The translations under genes were made by a program, and so were the position numbers. From Octopus sinensis (Eukaryota), in NCBI RefSeq assembly GCF_006345805.1, contig NC_043018.1, forward strand, positions 18,538,001 to 18,602,000: 64,000 bases of DNA, read 5' to 3'. How positions within the stretch are numbered: the first letter of the stretch is position 1; each line of letters opens with the position of its first letter. The notes under the pieces were generated by a model, which saw only the letters and a program-made list of their open reading frames with translations, did not search any database and was not told the origin of the DNA. Below, one piece after another: positions 36,311-47,900 of the stretch.

Positions 36311-36925
36311 GAAGATCAAGAGAGCACAGAAGGAAGTGATGCTTCAACTGGTTCTGGATGAGAAAACTGCTCCGATTTTTCTCAATTCGGCAACAACAAT
36401 GTGGGAATTTCAAATGAATTCATGCTCAAATGATTTTATTCCCATTTTGTCTTTATTCTTTATATTCCAAGAGGGTTAAAATACCATTTTCCACAGTTTT
36501 CACACCTACGTTGTTACATGCTGAACCAACTTTGGGGATAAATTAAAAAAAAAAAAACCTATTTCCTCTTTGATGAAGCAACAGCATCATCCGTACCATT
36601 ATTTAATGTTCAGAGCATGGTTGGACGGTCTGGCCGGATCCGATGGGCCCAAAGACTGCATTATGCATCACTGGAGCAGCGAGGGTGGGGCTTGATGGGG
36701 GCTAGGCCAAAAATGGTGTAGCACAATATGTGCTCTTGTTTTTGGTATTCTGTAGAGTAAATATGGCTGGTGTCTTGTGTAAGTGGAACCTTTGTGCTTG
36801 TGGCACCTTTGTGTAAGTGGCACATTGTCTAAGTGGCACGTTGTGTGTGTGTCCTCTGCTACAGTCTCGGGTTGACCGATATTTTGTGAGAGGAATTTGA
36901 GGAATAAAAGTACAAACGCTACTAG

Positions 36926-37225
36926 CACCACCACCACCACCACCACCTACATGACCACCACCATGGCCACAACCACCACCACCACCACCACCACATGACC
37001 ACCACCATGGCCACAACCACCACCACCACCACCACCACCTACATGACCACCACCATGGCCACAACCACCACCACCACCTACATGACCACCACCATGGCCA
37101 CAACCACCACCACCACCACCACCACCTACATGACCACCACCATGGCCACAACCACCACCACCACCACCACCACCTACATGACCACCACCATGGCCACAAC
37201 CACCACCACCACCACCACAACCACC
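36926..37225. repeat. ACC-derived minisatellite, 6 higher-order units
   Basis: CATGACCACCACCATGGCCACAACC(ACC)n units start at about 36950, 36994, 37042, 37081, 37129 and 37177. Confidence 0.9.
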
Positions 37226-37256
37226 ACTACTACTAACATCATAACCTTTCCCATAG

Positions 37257-37314
37257 CAGACAAACAGATAATTCCCTAGTTGTTGACTCCCCACACCGCT
37301 GTCTTGTACGCAAT
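37257..37314 (+). CDS. Probable second coding exon (C)RQTDNSLVVDSPHRCLVRN, phase 2-0
   Basis: Acceptor CCTTTCCCATAG, donor AAT|GTAAGT; unique island between microsatellites; continues the 31275 frame without stops. Confidence 0.55.
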
Positions 37315-37489
37315 GTAAGTACCCCAGGGTGGAATGAACTCTCAGATAAAATAGCGAAAAGCCAAAAAAACCAAGACCCCCCCCCCAAAAAAAAAGACAA
37401 AAACAAAACAAAAAACAAAATCACTGCCACATCTGTTTGTAAAAGTAAATTAACGAAGAGGGAAAAAAAACCCCAACTGATTACATGAT

Positions 37490-37628
37490 TATAATGACAA
37501 GGACAATAATGGTGATGGTGATGATGATGATGATGATGATTGCAATGGAGGTGGTGGTGAGGAGGAGGAGGTTCGTTGTGATGACGATGGAGATATTTAA
37601 CTGTTGTACTAGAGGTCATGAGCATGAC

Positions 37629-37659
<31 letters not shown>

Positions 37660-37826
37660 GTGATAGTGATTGGTGATGACAATAGTGATGATGATGAATA
37701 CCATGATAATGATAGTGGTGGTGGTGGTGGTGGTGGTGATGAGGATGATGATGATGATGATGATGATGAATGATGATGATGATAATGATGATAATGGTGA
37801 TGATAATGATGATGATGATGATGATA

Positions 37827-37864
<38 letters not shown>

Positions 37865-37875
37865 AATGATGATGA

Positions 37876-37911
<36 letters not shown>

Positions 37912-38157
37912 ATGATGATGATAATGATGATGAATGATGATGATGATGATGATAATGATGATGATAATGATGATGATAATGATGATGATGATGAATGATG
38001 AATGATGATGATGATGAATGATGATGATGATGAGTGGAGATAATGATGATGATGATTGATGATGATGATGATGATGATAATGATGATGATGATGATGATA
38101 ATAGATGATGATGATTAATGATATGATGATGATAATGATGATGATATGATGATGATA

Positions 38158-38208
<51 letters not shown>

Positions 38209-38316
38209 ATATGATGATGATGAGATGATGATGATATGATGATGATGATGATGATAATGATGATGATGATGATGATAATGATGATGATGATGATGATGAT
38301 AATGATGATGATGATA

Positions 38317-38351
<35 letters not shown>

Positions 38352-38364
38352 AATGATGATGATA

Positions 38365-38402
<38 letters not shown>

Positions 38403-38536
38403 ATGATGATGATGATAATGATGATGATGATAATGAATGATGAGATGATATGATAATGATGATGATGATGATGATAATGATGATGATGAGATATGATGAT
38501 GATAATGATGATGATGATGATGATGATATGATGATA

Positions 38537-38578
<42 letters not shown>

Positions 38579-38608
38579 ATAATGATGATGATGATAATGG
38601 TGATGATA

Positions 38609-38640
<32 letters not shown>

Positions 38641-38677
38641 AATGATGATGATAATGATGATGATGATGATGATATGA

Positions 38678-38708
<31 letters not shown>

Positions 38709-38902
38709 GTGATGATAATGATGATGATGATGATATGATGATGATGATGATGATAATGATGATGATAATGATGATGATAATGATGATGATATAATGATGA
38801 ATGATGATGATAATGATGATGATGATGATGATGATGATAATGATGATGATGATGATGATGATGATGATAATGATGATGATGATGATGATGATAATGATGA
38901 TA

Positions 38903-38950
<48 letters not shown>

Positions 38951-39050
38951 ATAATGATGATGATGATGATGATGAAGATATTGATGATGATGGTGGTGAT
39001 GGTGATGATGATGATGATGGTGATGATAACGATGATGATGATAGCAATCA
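37490..39050. repeat. ~1.5-kb imperfect (GAT/AAT)n tract
   Basis: Direct reading; source of the 635-aa and 485-aa track ORFs. Confidence 0.95.
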
Positions 39051-39633
39051 GTGATGACGCAGCAACTAACCACAAGAGATAAGGAATTGAAAATGTTTTT
39101 TTTTTTTTTTTTTTTTGCTTTCTTTTGTAAAAGTTGATTGCTGTAAGAATAATGAATAAAGAATAAACAAAGACAAAAGGGATAAGATTGAGCAATGTGA
39201 AGCTTATCTTCCTGATAATGTTCCTAGGTAGAAAAAAAACAAAACAAAAAACAAACAACATTGTAAATAAGGATATTGAACTGAGTTTGGTGGTCACGAT
39301 GGTGTTGATGATGATGATGATGATAATGGAGATGATGATTGTGATGGTGGGATGATGATGTTGATAGCGGTGAGGTGGGGTTATCCTAATGAAGAAGCTA
39401 AGGATGATGGCGATGATGACAGTGGTGATGGTCATGGCGATGATAATGATGATGGCGATGGCGATGATGACAGTGGTGATGGTCATGGCGATGATAATGA
39501 TGATGATGATGATCATGCTGATGCTGATGACAACGATTCTAATGCAAGTATGAGTACAAACCCAAAAATAATTTACTAGCAGTATATTGGATATATGTTA
39601 TCCCATGGAGGGTTGAATTTACAACCCCTATCT

Positions 39634-39705
<72 letters not shown>

Positions 39706-39824
39706 TACATACATATATATATATATATAACGGGAAGCTTTATGAAAATAGACAAAAGACGAAGGCAGGTGGAAACAACAAACAATGTATTAGTATGGCG
39801 CTCAGGAAATTAAATAAAACAAGT

Positions 39825-39860
39825 CTTTAACGTTTCGAGCCTACGCTCTTCAACAGAAAG
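39825..39860 (-). ncRNA. Minimal hammerhead motif with A6U core variant (family G)
   Basis: CTTT-CTGTTGA-A-GAGC(GTAG)GCTC-GAAA-CG-TT-AAAG; all stems perfect. Confidence 0.65.
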
Positions 39861-40449
39861 ATACACAGAGAGAAAAAAAACACAGAAAGAAGGAGAGAAT
39901 TAAAAAAATGCGTGCAGTAACTAACGAATCAACATGGCGATCTGATTTCGGCCAGAGGTCAAGATCAAACATGAGACGCGAGAGCGAAATAAGGGAGATA
40001 ATAGGGTTGATAATAGGGTTGAATGACCCTAGGATAGGTCTGGACAGGCGTATGTATGGGGTTGGTGTATGTATTAGTATATTAGTATGTTTAGTACGTA
40101 TTAGTATGTATAAGTGTGTGTGTGTATGAGAGAGTATAGTGCGTATGAGGGGTCTGGACGTGTGTATGTATAGGGTTGGTGTATTATTAGTATGTATTAG
40201 TACGTATTAGTATGTATTAGTTGGTGTATGTATTAGTTGGTGTATGTATTAGTATGGCACATCATATATGATGTGATGTGTAAAGTCGTGTGGTGTAGTG
40301 AGGAGAAGAGGGGGAGGGGGAGAGAGGGGGGAGAGAAGGGGAGGGTAAGAAGAGGGGGGGAGGGGGGAGAGGAGAGGAGGGGAGAACATACAAATATATA
40401 TATATATATATAATAGATGAGTGTATTTTTACCTTGTTAACAATTAACA

Positions 40450-41050
40450 CGGAAAAATAAATAAATAGTTACCAGGGCAGCAAAAATCTCACAAGTAAAG
40501 ATGTTGTAACTCTTTGTTTATAAAGGTTGAAACTTCGTGTTTACGTTGAATATTTTGAATAATATGAATAAAAAATGGAGTTAACACAGGTTTAAACAAG
40601 TATTTTTACTTTCTACACATGTTTCGAAAATTCCACTGATACTTATTCAAAAGAATAAATGGTATAAACAATGCAATCTTCTCTTCGGGAAAGTGAAAAA
40701 AACGAAACTCGTCAATACAACATTTTAGCAAAAAATGATGGATTTGTATAGCGATAGACAGAATGCTATTAATATTGTTTAAAAAAACGTTATATGATAT
40801 AACGTCATAAGCAGCTAACAGAAAGAGTAGGGATATTAATAGTGAATGTTAAATATAAAGGAAATTAAAGTTTAAATTCTATATAATGATAGAGTCTACT
40901 TATATGCACTAAAAGTATGTTTCTGCCAATGCTCGTTCTATAACCGTGTTTACTAAAGTATTTTTAGAAAAAATAATGAAAAATAGCTCAGAATTGCAGA
41001 GAAGACAGAATTTCTTGCCTTTGTCATATGGTATCGAAATTGAGAGGATC
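40450..41050 (-). mobile_element. Penelope-like element 3' remnant (endonuclease C-terminus + terminal repeat)
   Basis: PYDKGKKFCLLCNSELFFIIFSKNTLVN matches the PY..G.K.C.LC..E..I....LLN end of PLE GIY-YIG domains; downstream hammerhead; cut by SINE B at 41058. Confidence 0.7.
40609..40693 (-). ncRNA. Hammerhead motif with long loop II (U4C in this copy)
   Basis: CTTTC-CCGAAGA-GAAGATT(42 nt)AATTTTC-GAAA-CATGTG-TA-GAAAG. Confidence 0.55.
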
Positions 41051-41057
41051 AACCATA

Positions 41058-41451
41058 GGCGCAGGAGTGGCTGTGTGGTAAGTAGCTTGCTAACCAACCA
41101 CATGGTTCCGGGTTCAGTCCCACTGCGTGGCATCTTGGGCAAGTGTCTTCTGCTATAGCCCCGGGCCGACCAATGCCTTGTGAGTGGATTTGGTAGACGG
41201 AAACTGAAAGAAGCCTGTCGTATATATGTATATATATATTTATATGTGTGTGTGTGTTTGTCCCCCTAGCATTGCTTGACAACTGATGCTGGTGTGTTTA
41301 CGTCCCCGTCACTTAACGGTTCGGCAAAAGAGACCGATAGAATAAGTACTGGGCTTACAAAAGAATAAGTCCCGGGGTCAATTTGCTCGACTAAAGGTGG
41401 TGCTCCAGCATGGCCACAGTCAAATGACTGAAACAAGTAAAAGAGTAAAGA

Positions 41452-41452
<1 letters not shown>
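41058..41452 (+). mobile_element. SINE family B, full length
   Basis: Complete head to tail. Confidence 0.92.
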
Positions 41453-41481
<29 letters not shown>

Positions 41482-41483
<2 letters not shown>

Positions 41484-41876
41484 TCTTTTACTTGTTTCAG
41501 TCATTTGACTGTGGCCATGCTGGAGCACCACCTTTAATTGACCAACTTGACCCCAGGACTTATTCTTTTGTAAGCCCAGTACTTATTCTATTGGTCTCTT
41601 TTGCCGAACCACTAAGTAACAGGGACATAAACACACCAGCATCGGTTGTCAAGCAATGCTAGGGGGACAAACACAGACACACAAACACACACACGCATAT
41701 ATATACATATATACGACAGGCTTCTTTCAGTTTCCGTCTACCAAATCCACTCACAAGGCTTTGGTCGGCCCGAGGCTATAGTAGAAGACACTTGCCCAAG
41801 GTGCCACGCAGTGGGACTGAACCCAGAACCATGTGGTTGGTAAACAAGCTACTTACCACACAGCCACTCCTGCACC
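41482..41876 (-). mobile_element. SINE family B, full length, tail-to-tail with the previous copy
   Basis: Complete; separated from 41058-41452 only by ~30 nt of (TA)n. Confidence 0.92.
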
Positions 41877-42358
41877 TATATATATATCTGTAATATGATA
41901 AGTGACAATTATTCGGTGGCCATAATAAAATTCTGAGTTTAGGATGTCGGGGTGGAAATCTGCTCCGGCATCTCATCAGTTATTAAGACAAACAAAAGAG
42001 CTATGAAAATGACCGTTAAACAAAGGTACATACACACACATGCATGCATGCACACCTACACACATGTGCATGTATGCATATGCTCTCACACTTTTATGAA
42101 TTTTATTTTCTGTTTGCAAGTTTTTGCTTTACGATCATTCTCCAGGAATGAATTAATTCCAATATCAAGGCATTACTATATGTATGTGTGTATGTTTGTA
42201 TTATGCTGTATATATGTATATAAAATACATCTCATGAGTCTATATAAGAAATATACAAAAAAATCTAAGATGTCTATATAAAGCAACTGGTGTCTATATA
42301 ATATTTGAATAGTAATGTATTTTGAAGGGTCCACATCATGAATTTTAAGGGTCTACAA

Positions 42359-42548
42359 CAGTGCTTTTCAACCTTTTTGCTGAAGTGGAACCCCTGTGCA
42401 ATAATTTAATAGTCTTATGCACACACATATCTGCACAGGAGAATTAAAAATTACAGTCGATTTTAGCAGTTTTGTAACTTCTTGCGGAACCCCTGAACTG
42501 TACTGGCGGAACCCTAAGGTTCCGCAGAACCCTGGTTGAAAACCACTG
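42359..42548. mobile_element. hAT-type MITE with 8-bp TSD
   Basis: TIR CAGTGCTTTTCAACC / GGTTGAAAACCACTG; TSD GTCTACAA at 42351-42358 and 42549-42556. Confidence 0.92.
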
Positions 42549-42582
42549 GTCTACAATAATAAATTCAAGGTGCTGCTGCTGC

Positions 42583-42613
<31 letters not shown>

Positions 42614-42654
42614 GATGTTAGTTGTGGCTGCAGTAGCTATGATCATGATAATGG

Positions 42655-42685
<31 letters not shown>

Positions 42686-42699
42686 GATGATTATGATAG

Positions 42700-42737
<38 letters not shown>

Positions 42738-43280
42738 TGATGATGATGATTGTGTTCCATAGCAGGTTAACTACTATAATGCATTTCTCTCGATGCTCCA
42801 CCGTGTCTGCCATTCATTCAAAGAGGGTGGGGAGATGGTATGGCAGGTGGGTGGGAGGGAAGAGCAGAGAAGAAGCTAGACAATTGCAGAGAAGTGAATC
42901 ATAGGCATCACTGACAGATGTTTCAATTACAGAACCAACATCAAGGAACGAGAGAGAGAGAGAGAGAGCAATCGTTTGGATCTCAGATAAGAAGTCTTTA
43001 AATGTTTGTTGTCGTTGCTAAACGATAACAATTATAAATGACAGAAATGTTAGAATTTTTAAAGAATGGTCTCGAAGACATGAGAAAAATATTATCTAAG
43101 ATAAATGAAGAATTAAAGTTGAGACAGAATCTCTTTAAATGTTGGCTTTGATATGAACAACTGGGATATGAAGAATGGTAATAAAATTCCTATGAAATAT
43201 ATCAAAATTCATGGCCAGTAAAGATATTTGCCCACCATTGTCTGTCTTGTATTGTCATATATGTGGATAGAATGATGACT

Positions 43281-43535
43281 ATCATCATCATCATCATCGT
43301 TTAACGTCCGCTTTCCGTGCTAGCATGGGTTGAACGGTTCGACCGGGGATCTGGGAAGCCAGGGGTTGCACCAGGCTCCAGTCTGATCTGGCAGTGTTTC
43401 TACAGCTGGATGCCCCTCCCAACGCCAACCACTCCGCGAGTGTAGTGGGTGCTTTTTACGTGCCACCAGCACAGGTGCCAGGGGAGTCTGGCAGCAGCCA
43501 CGATCGGTTGGTGCTTTTAACGTGCCACCGGCACA
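43281..43535 (-). mobile_element. RTE LINE 3' end (family C)
   Basis: Same diagnostic 3' terminus. Confidence 0.85.
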
Positions 43536-43769
43536 CAGGGTTAATAAATTTGTTTCATAATTACATGGTTCTTGGTTCAATCCTGTTGCAAAGCATCTTC
43601 AGCAAATGCCTTCTGCTATGAATGCATGCTCACACACACACACACACACACACACAGTATACTGGCACAGGTGTGTTTATGCAGCACCAGTACAGGTGCT
43701 TTTTATGTTGTACCTGAAGGGACAAACCTGTACATGAGGAAGACAGCGATTTTACTTAACTTGACTTAA

Positions 43770-44150
43770 GGCCTCGGATTTGGGGGAAGGGATTAAGTTG
43801 ATTACATCAACCCCAATGCGTAACAAGTACTTATTTAATTGACCCCGAAAGAATGAAAGGCAAAGTTGACCCTGGCGGAATTTGAACTCTAAACATAGTG
43901 GCAGATGAAATACCTATTTCTTTACTACCCACAATGGGCTAAACACAGAGAGGACAAACAAGGACAGACATAGGTATTAAGTCGATTACATCGGCCCCAG
44001 TGCGTAACTGGTACTTAATTTATCGACCCCAAAAGAATGAAAGGCAAAGTTGCCCCCGGCGGAATTTGAACTCAAAACATAGTGGCAGATGGAATACCGC
44101 TAAGCATTTTGCATGGCGTGCTAACGATTCTGCCAGCTTGCTGCCTTAAC
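43770..44150 (-). mobile_element. SINE family A partial tandem dimer
   Basis: Full unit followed by a second unit joined at GAAATAG|GTATTTC, as at 9411. Confidence 0.85.
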
Positions 44151-44151
44151 A

Positions 44152-44183
<32 letters not shown>

Positions 44184-44653
44184 AATAATAATAATAATAA
44201 TATTGATATATTGATAATGATAGACAGGAAAGATAAATAAGATCCTTCCAAAATATTTTGATGCTGAACTTGCTTATTTTCTGTGAAAAATGTCCAAAAA
44301 GCAAGATTTTTGAAGCCTTAGGAAGAATATATGATATAGAAGAAAAACAACATATGAAGGGGTATGGGGAGAAAAAAAAACATATAAAAAGAATAAATCA
44401 AGGAATGTGAGGCTGGGGAAAGAGATATTTATGGAGGATAAAACAGTATAAACAAGGATGAAAGAGAATTCTGTCAGTAAATGGAGCTATAACCAAAAGA
44501 TGAAACAGCAGATCTGGATGTATGGTGAATTGCTGGTCAGACATTTGGAATAACAAGTTGGTACATAAGAGAGATACTGAACAGATGTAGCTGGAGCAGA
44601 GATAATTTTTTTTTAAAATCAGGAATACAAGATCACATATATGTATGTATATA

Positions 44654-45304
44654 GGCGTAGGAGTGGCTGTGTTGTAAGTATAGGTGTAGGAGTGGCTGTG
44701 TGGTAAGTAGCATGCTTACGAACTACATGGTTCCGGGTTCAGTCCCACTGCGTAGTACCTTGGGCATGTCTCTTCTACTATAGCCTTGGGCCAACCAAAG
44801 CCTTGTGAGTGGATTTGGTAGACGGAAACTGAAAGAAGCCCGTCGTATATATGTGTATATGTGTGTGTGTGTGTATGTATATGTTTGTGTGTCTGTGTTA
44901 ACACTTCTGCTGTGGAGTACAGGCCTTCTTGAGTACAGCAAGGCACCAGACATCTCGGCCCCTGGGAGTGGCTGTGTTGTAAGTATAGGTGTAAGAGTGG
45001 CTGTGTGGTAAGTATAAGCGTAGGAGTGGCTGTGTGGCAAGTAGCTTGCTTACCAACCACATGGTTCTGGGTTCAGTCCCACTGCATGGTACCTTGGGCA
45101 TGTCTCTTCTACTATAGCCTCGGGCCAACCAAAGCCTTGTGAGTGGATTTGGTAGACGGAAACTGAAAGAAGCCCGTCGTATATATGTGTATATGTGTGT
45201 GTGTGTGCGTGTGTGTGTATATATGTTTGTGTGTCTGTGTTAACACTTCTGCTGTGGAGTACAGGCCTTCTTGAGTACAGCAAGGCACCAGACATCTTGG
45301 CCCC
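44654..45304 (+). repeat. Local tandem duplication of SINE-B head + RTE tail
   Basis: Units ~44654-44962 and ~44964-45304; a 29-bp head segment is repeated 2x in unit 1 and 3x in unit 2. Confidence 0.85.
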
Positions 45305-45590
45305 TTGTCATCTCACCCAAAAGGGTCAGTATCCTGAGGTCATTCTTCAGTACTTAGCCCCATGTCTTCCAGGGTCTCCCACTTCCCTGTGTTCCATCTA
45401 TTTTGAGAGACTAGCACTTTATGAAGCTGTCATCATCCAACCACATCACATGACCAAACCAGCACAGTCTTCTCTCCCGCACACAGCAACCAACTTCTAT
45501 TACGCCTAACTTCTCTCTCAGAACACAAGCTGATTGATCCATGTCACATCTAAGCTCCTTCTTGCAGCTTAGAGACAACACATGCTGTTC
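45242..45590 (-). mobile_element. RTE LINE ORF C-terminal remnant
   Basis: LREKLGV..VRERRLCWFGHVM..GRPWKTW..NDLR..EMTRGQDVWCLAVLKK. Confidence 0.85.
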
Positions 45591-45619
45591 TGACTATTGC
45601 TGCCAACTGCGTGCTTTCT

Positions 45620-45770
45620 ATAAATTTTGGTACTTGCAGCTTTCCATACTTGAATATTGCTTTCTTTGAGATGGTGCTGAGTGCACCGATCACTGTAGGT
45701 ACCACACTCACTTCTGTGGCTCATTGGATTCTTTATATTTTCAAAATTAAGTTTTTATGAACAACTTAAG
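45620..45770 (-). mobile_element. R4/Dong-like (RLE-type) LINE C-terminal fragment
   Basis: VSVVPTVIGALSTISK resembles the RLE C-terminal V.PIVIGALG.I motif. Confidence 0.5.
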
Positions 45771-46431
45771 TTCGAAGATCCATGGACAATCCTGGACAGC
45801 CAGCGTAGAAGAAAGTACTTTCTTCTCAGAGTTAACAGAACCAGAGGTCAAAGATGAGTTACAACATCAAGAAACTGCGTTCTCCTCCAGCAGAGAATCA
45901 ATCAGACGCTGACCAAAGTATTGTAAGTGGATTTGATAGACGGAATCTGAAAGAAGCCCATCGTTTATATAATGTATATGTATATATATATATCATCATC
46001 ATCATCATTTAACGTCCGTTTTCCATGCTAGCATGTGTTGGATAGTTTGACCGGGGTCTGGGAAGCCAGGAGGTTGCACCAGGCTCCAGTCTGATCTGGC
46101 AGTGTTTCTATATATATATACAGACATACATGTGTGAGTGTGTGTGTGTGTGTGTGTGTATGCATGCGTGTGTCTGTGTTTGTCCCCCAACACTGCTGGA
46201 CAATTAGTGTTGGTGTGTTTATGTCCCCATAACTAAGCGGTTTGGCCTAAAAGACCAATAGAATAATTAAATACAGGAGTCAGTTCGTTCAGCTAAAGTT
46301 CTTCAAGGTGGTGCCCCAGCATGGTCACAGTCAAGTAAGTCAAACACACTTTTTTCTCTCCTTTATTTTCTCTCCTTTTTTTCTCTACTTGTTTCTCTCC
46401 CTTTTTTTTCTCTCCTTGTTTTTCTGAGTAC

Positions 46432-46467
46432 CTTTCTGTAGAAGAGCATAGGCTCGAAACATAAAAG
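46432..46467 (+). ncRNA. Minimal hammerhead motif with A6U core variant (family G)
   Basis: CTTT-CTGTAGA-A-GAGC(ATAG)GCTC-GAAA-CA-TA-AAAG. Confidence 0.6.
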
Positions 46468-47298
46468 ACTTTTTCTATTTCCGAGCATTATACTAATAAA
46501 TCTGTTTGTTTTGTACACCACCTGTCTTCGTCTTTTGTTTTTTTTCGTAAACTTTCTCTATATATATATACATATATATATATAATGTTTATATATGTAT
46601 ATAACCCGCTGCATTATATCTAGATTTGTGGGTCTTAGATTGCTATCACCATGTCAAACATTTTTTGTCTCCCCCCTGCCTATCTTTATCACTCCTCAAA
46701 GGTCATTTCTGCTCCTGATCCTACCATCCACTATTTTCAACAGATCTGTTTTTCACTACAAACTATCGACACCACCACCACCATCACACTCATCTTCACT
46801 TTACTTCTTCACATTACTTTGATTTTCGTTATTTTTCATACCTTAGAGACCATGCTCTTTTAGCATACATATATTTATCCACTGCCCCATCCTATCTCTC
46901 TCTCCCACAGAAGAAGGATTAGTGTCCAAAATATTAAGTAGCTCACTCTTCACAGCAAATTTACCACCATACTTCATGTTTATCTACAAACTTTAGTCAA
47001 TGCAAAGCACCACCATTCTTGCAGGATTTCAGATCTTATCCCTTCCATATATCCTACTTTCGTTCATGGTCTCTTGTTCTTTATACCAGCTTATTATTAT
47101 TTTTCATTATCTTTATTCTGAAGACTTTAGGTAGGTATTTTTAAAGGATTTTCTAATTGCAGAAAGTCCCTACTTTCTTGTGTTCCTGATAAATATAATC
47201 TTTATTACCGATCACATTAAGAATCGAGAGAAGACATTTTTTTCCCTTCTTCCCTAGTATGTTTTTCTCCATTGTTTATGAATAGTTTTTCTCTGTAG

Positions 47299-47339
<41 letters not shown>

Positions 47340-47354
47340 TTTCTCTGTAGTATG

Positions 47355-47397
<43 letters not shown>

Positions 47398-47459
47398 TTT
47401 CTCTGTAGTATGTATATATATATATATAATATATATATATATATACTTTTTCTCTGTAG

Positions 47460-47494
<35 letters not shown>

Positions 47495-47819
47495 TGTGTG
47501 TGTGTGTGTGTGTGTAGTTTTGTCTGTCCATATCAAGAACGAATGTGTTGCAGCAGAAACCATTTTAGTCTGTCACTACTACAAGCACAACAACTACAAC
47601 TACTACAGACCATACGAACAACAACAACAACAACCAGCACCCCACCCCCCGTAATAAATTATCCTGACGATGTTGATGTTCATATCCGGTGCCAGTAAAT
47701 CCAATTTATTTATGTTTTATAGTTGTTGTTGTTGCTGTTTTTATCTTAACGTTTTATCTTTTGATACATTGCTATTACTGCTCTTTGGTCATTTTCACAG
47801 TCACTCGTTTCATCCTCAG

Positions 47820-47900
47820 ATCTTTCCCATATTAATTGTACTCGGCATTATCATTGCTACAGTTCTGCCTCACTTTTGTTGGTTGGCTAATATTTTATAG
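47820..47900 (+). CDS. Speculative third, terminal exon encoding a transmembrane-like segment (IFPILIVLGIIIATVLPHFCWLANIL*)
   Basis: Acceptor CTCGTTTCATCCTCAG, phase 0 compatible with 37314; hydrophobic peptides also arise by chance in T-rich DNA. Confidence 0.25.
   Translation: MFPILIVLGIIIATVLPHFCWLANIL

Noticed and set aside
39134-39142. 9-nt micro-exon candidate TTGATTGCT with GTAAGA donor
   Set aside because: Such short AG..GT pairs after T-runs are expected by chance; no independent support
37609-39516. 635-aa, 485-aa and 310-aa ORFs, and similar poly-I/H/S/D/M/Y ORFs at 1597-2433, 7155-8039, 31385-32053, 35783-36479 and 50040-50722
   Set aside because: They are translations of trinucleotide or dinucleotide microsatellites that lack stops in some frames; no domain content
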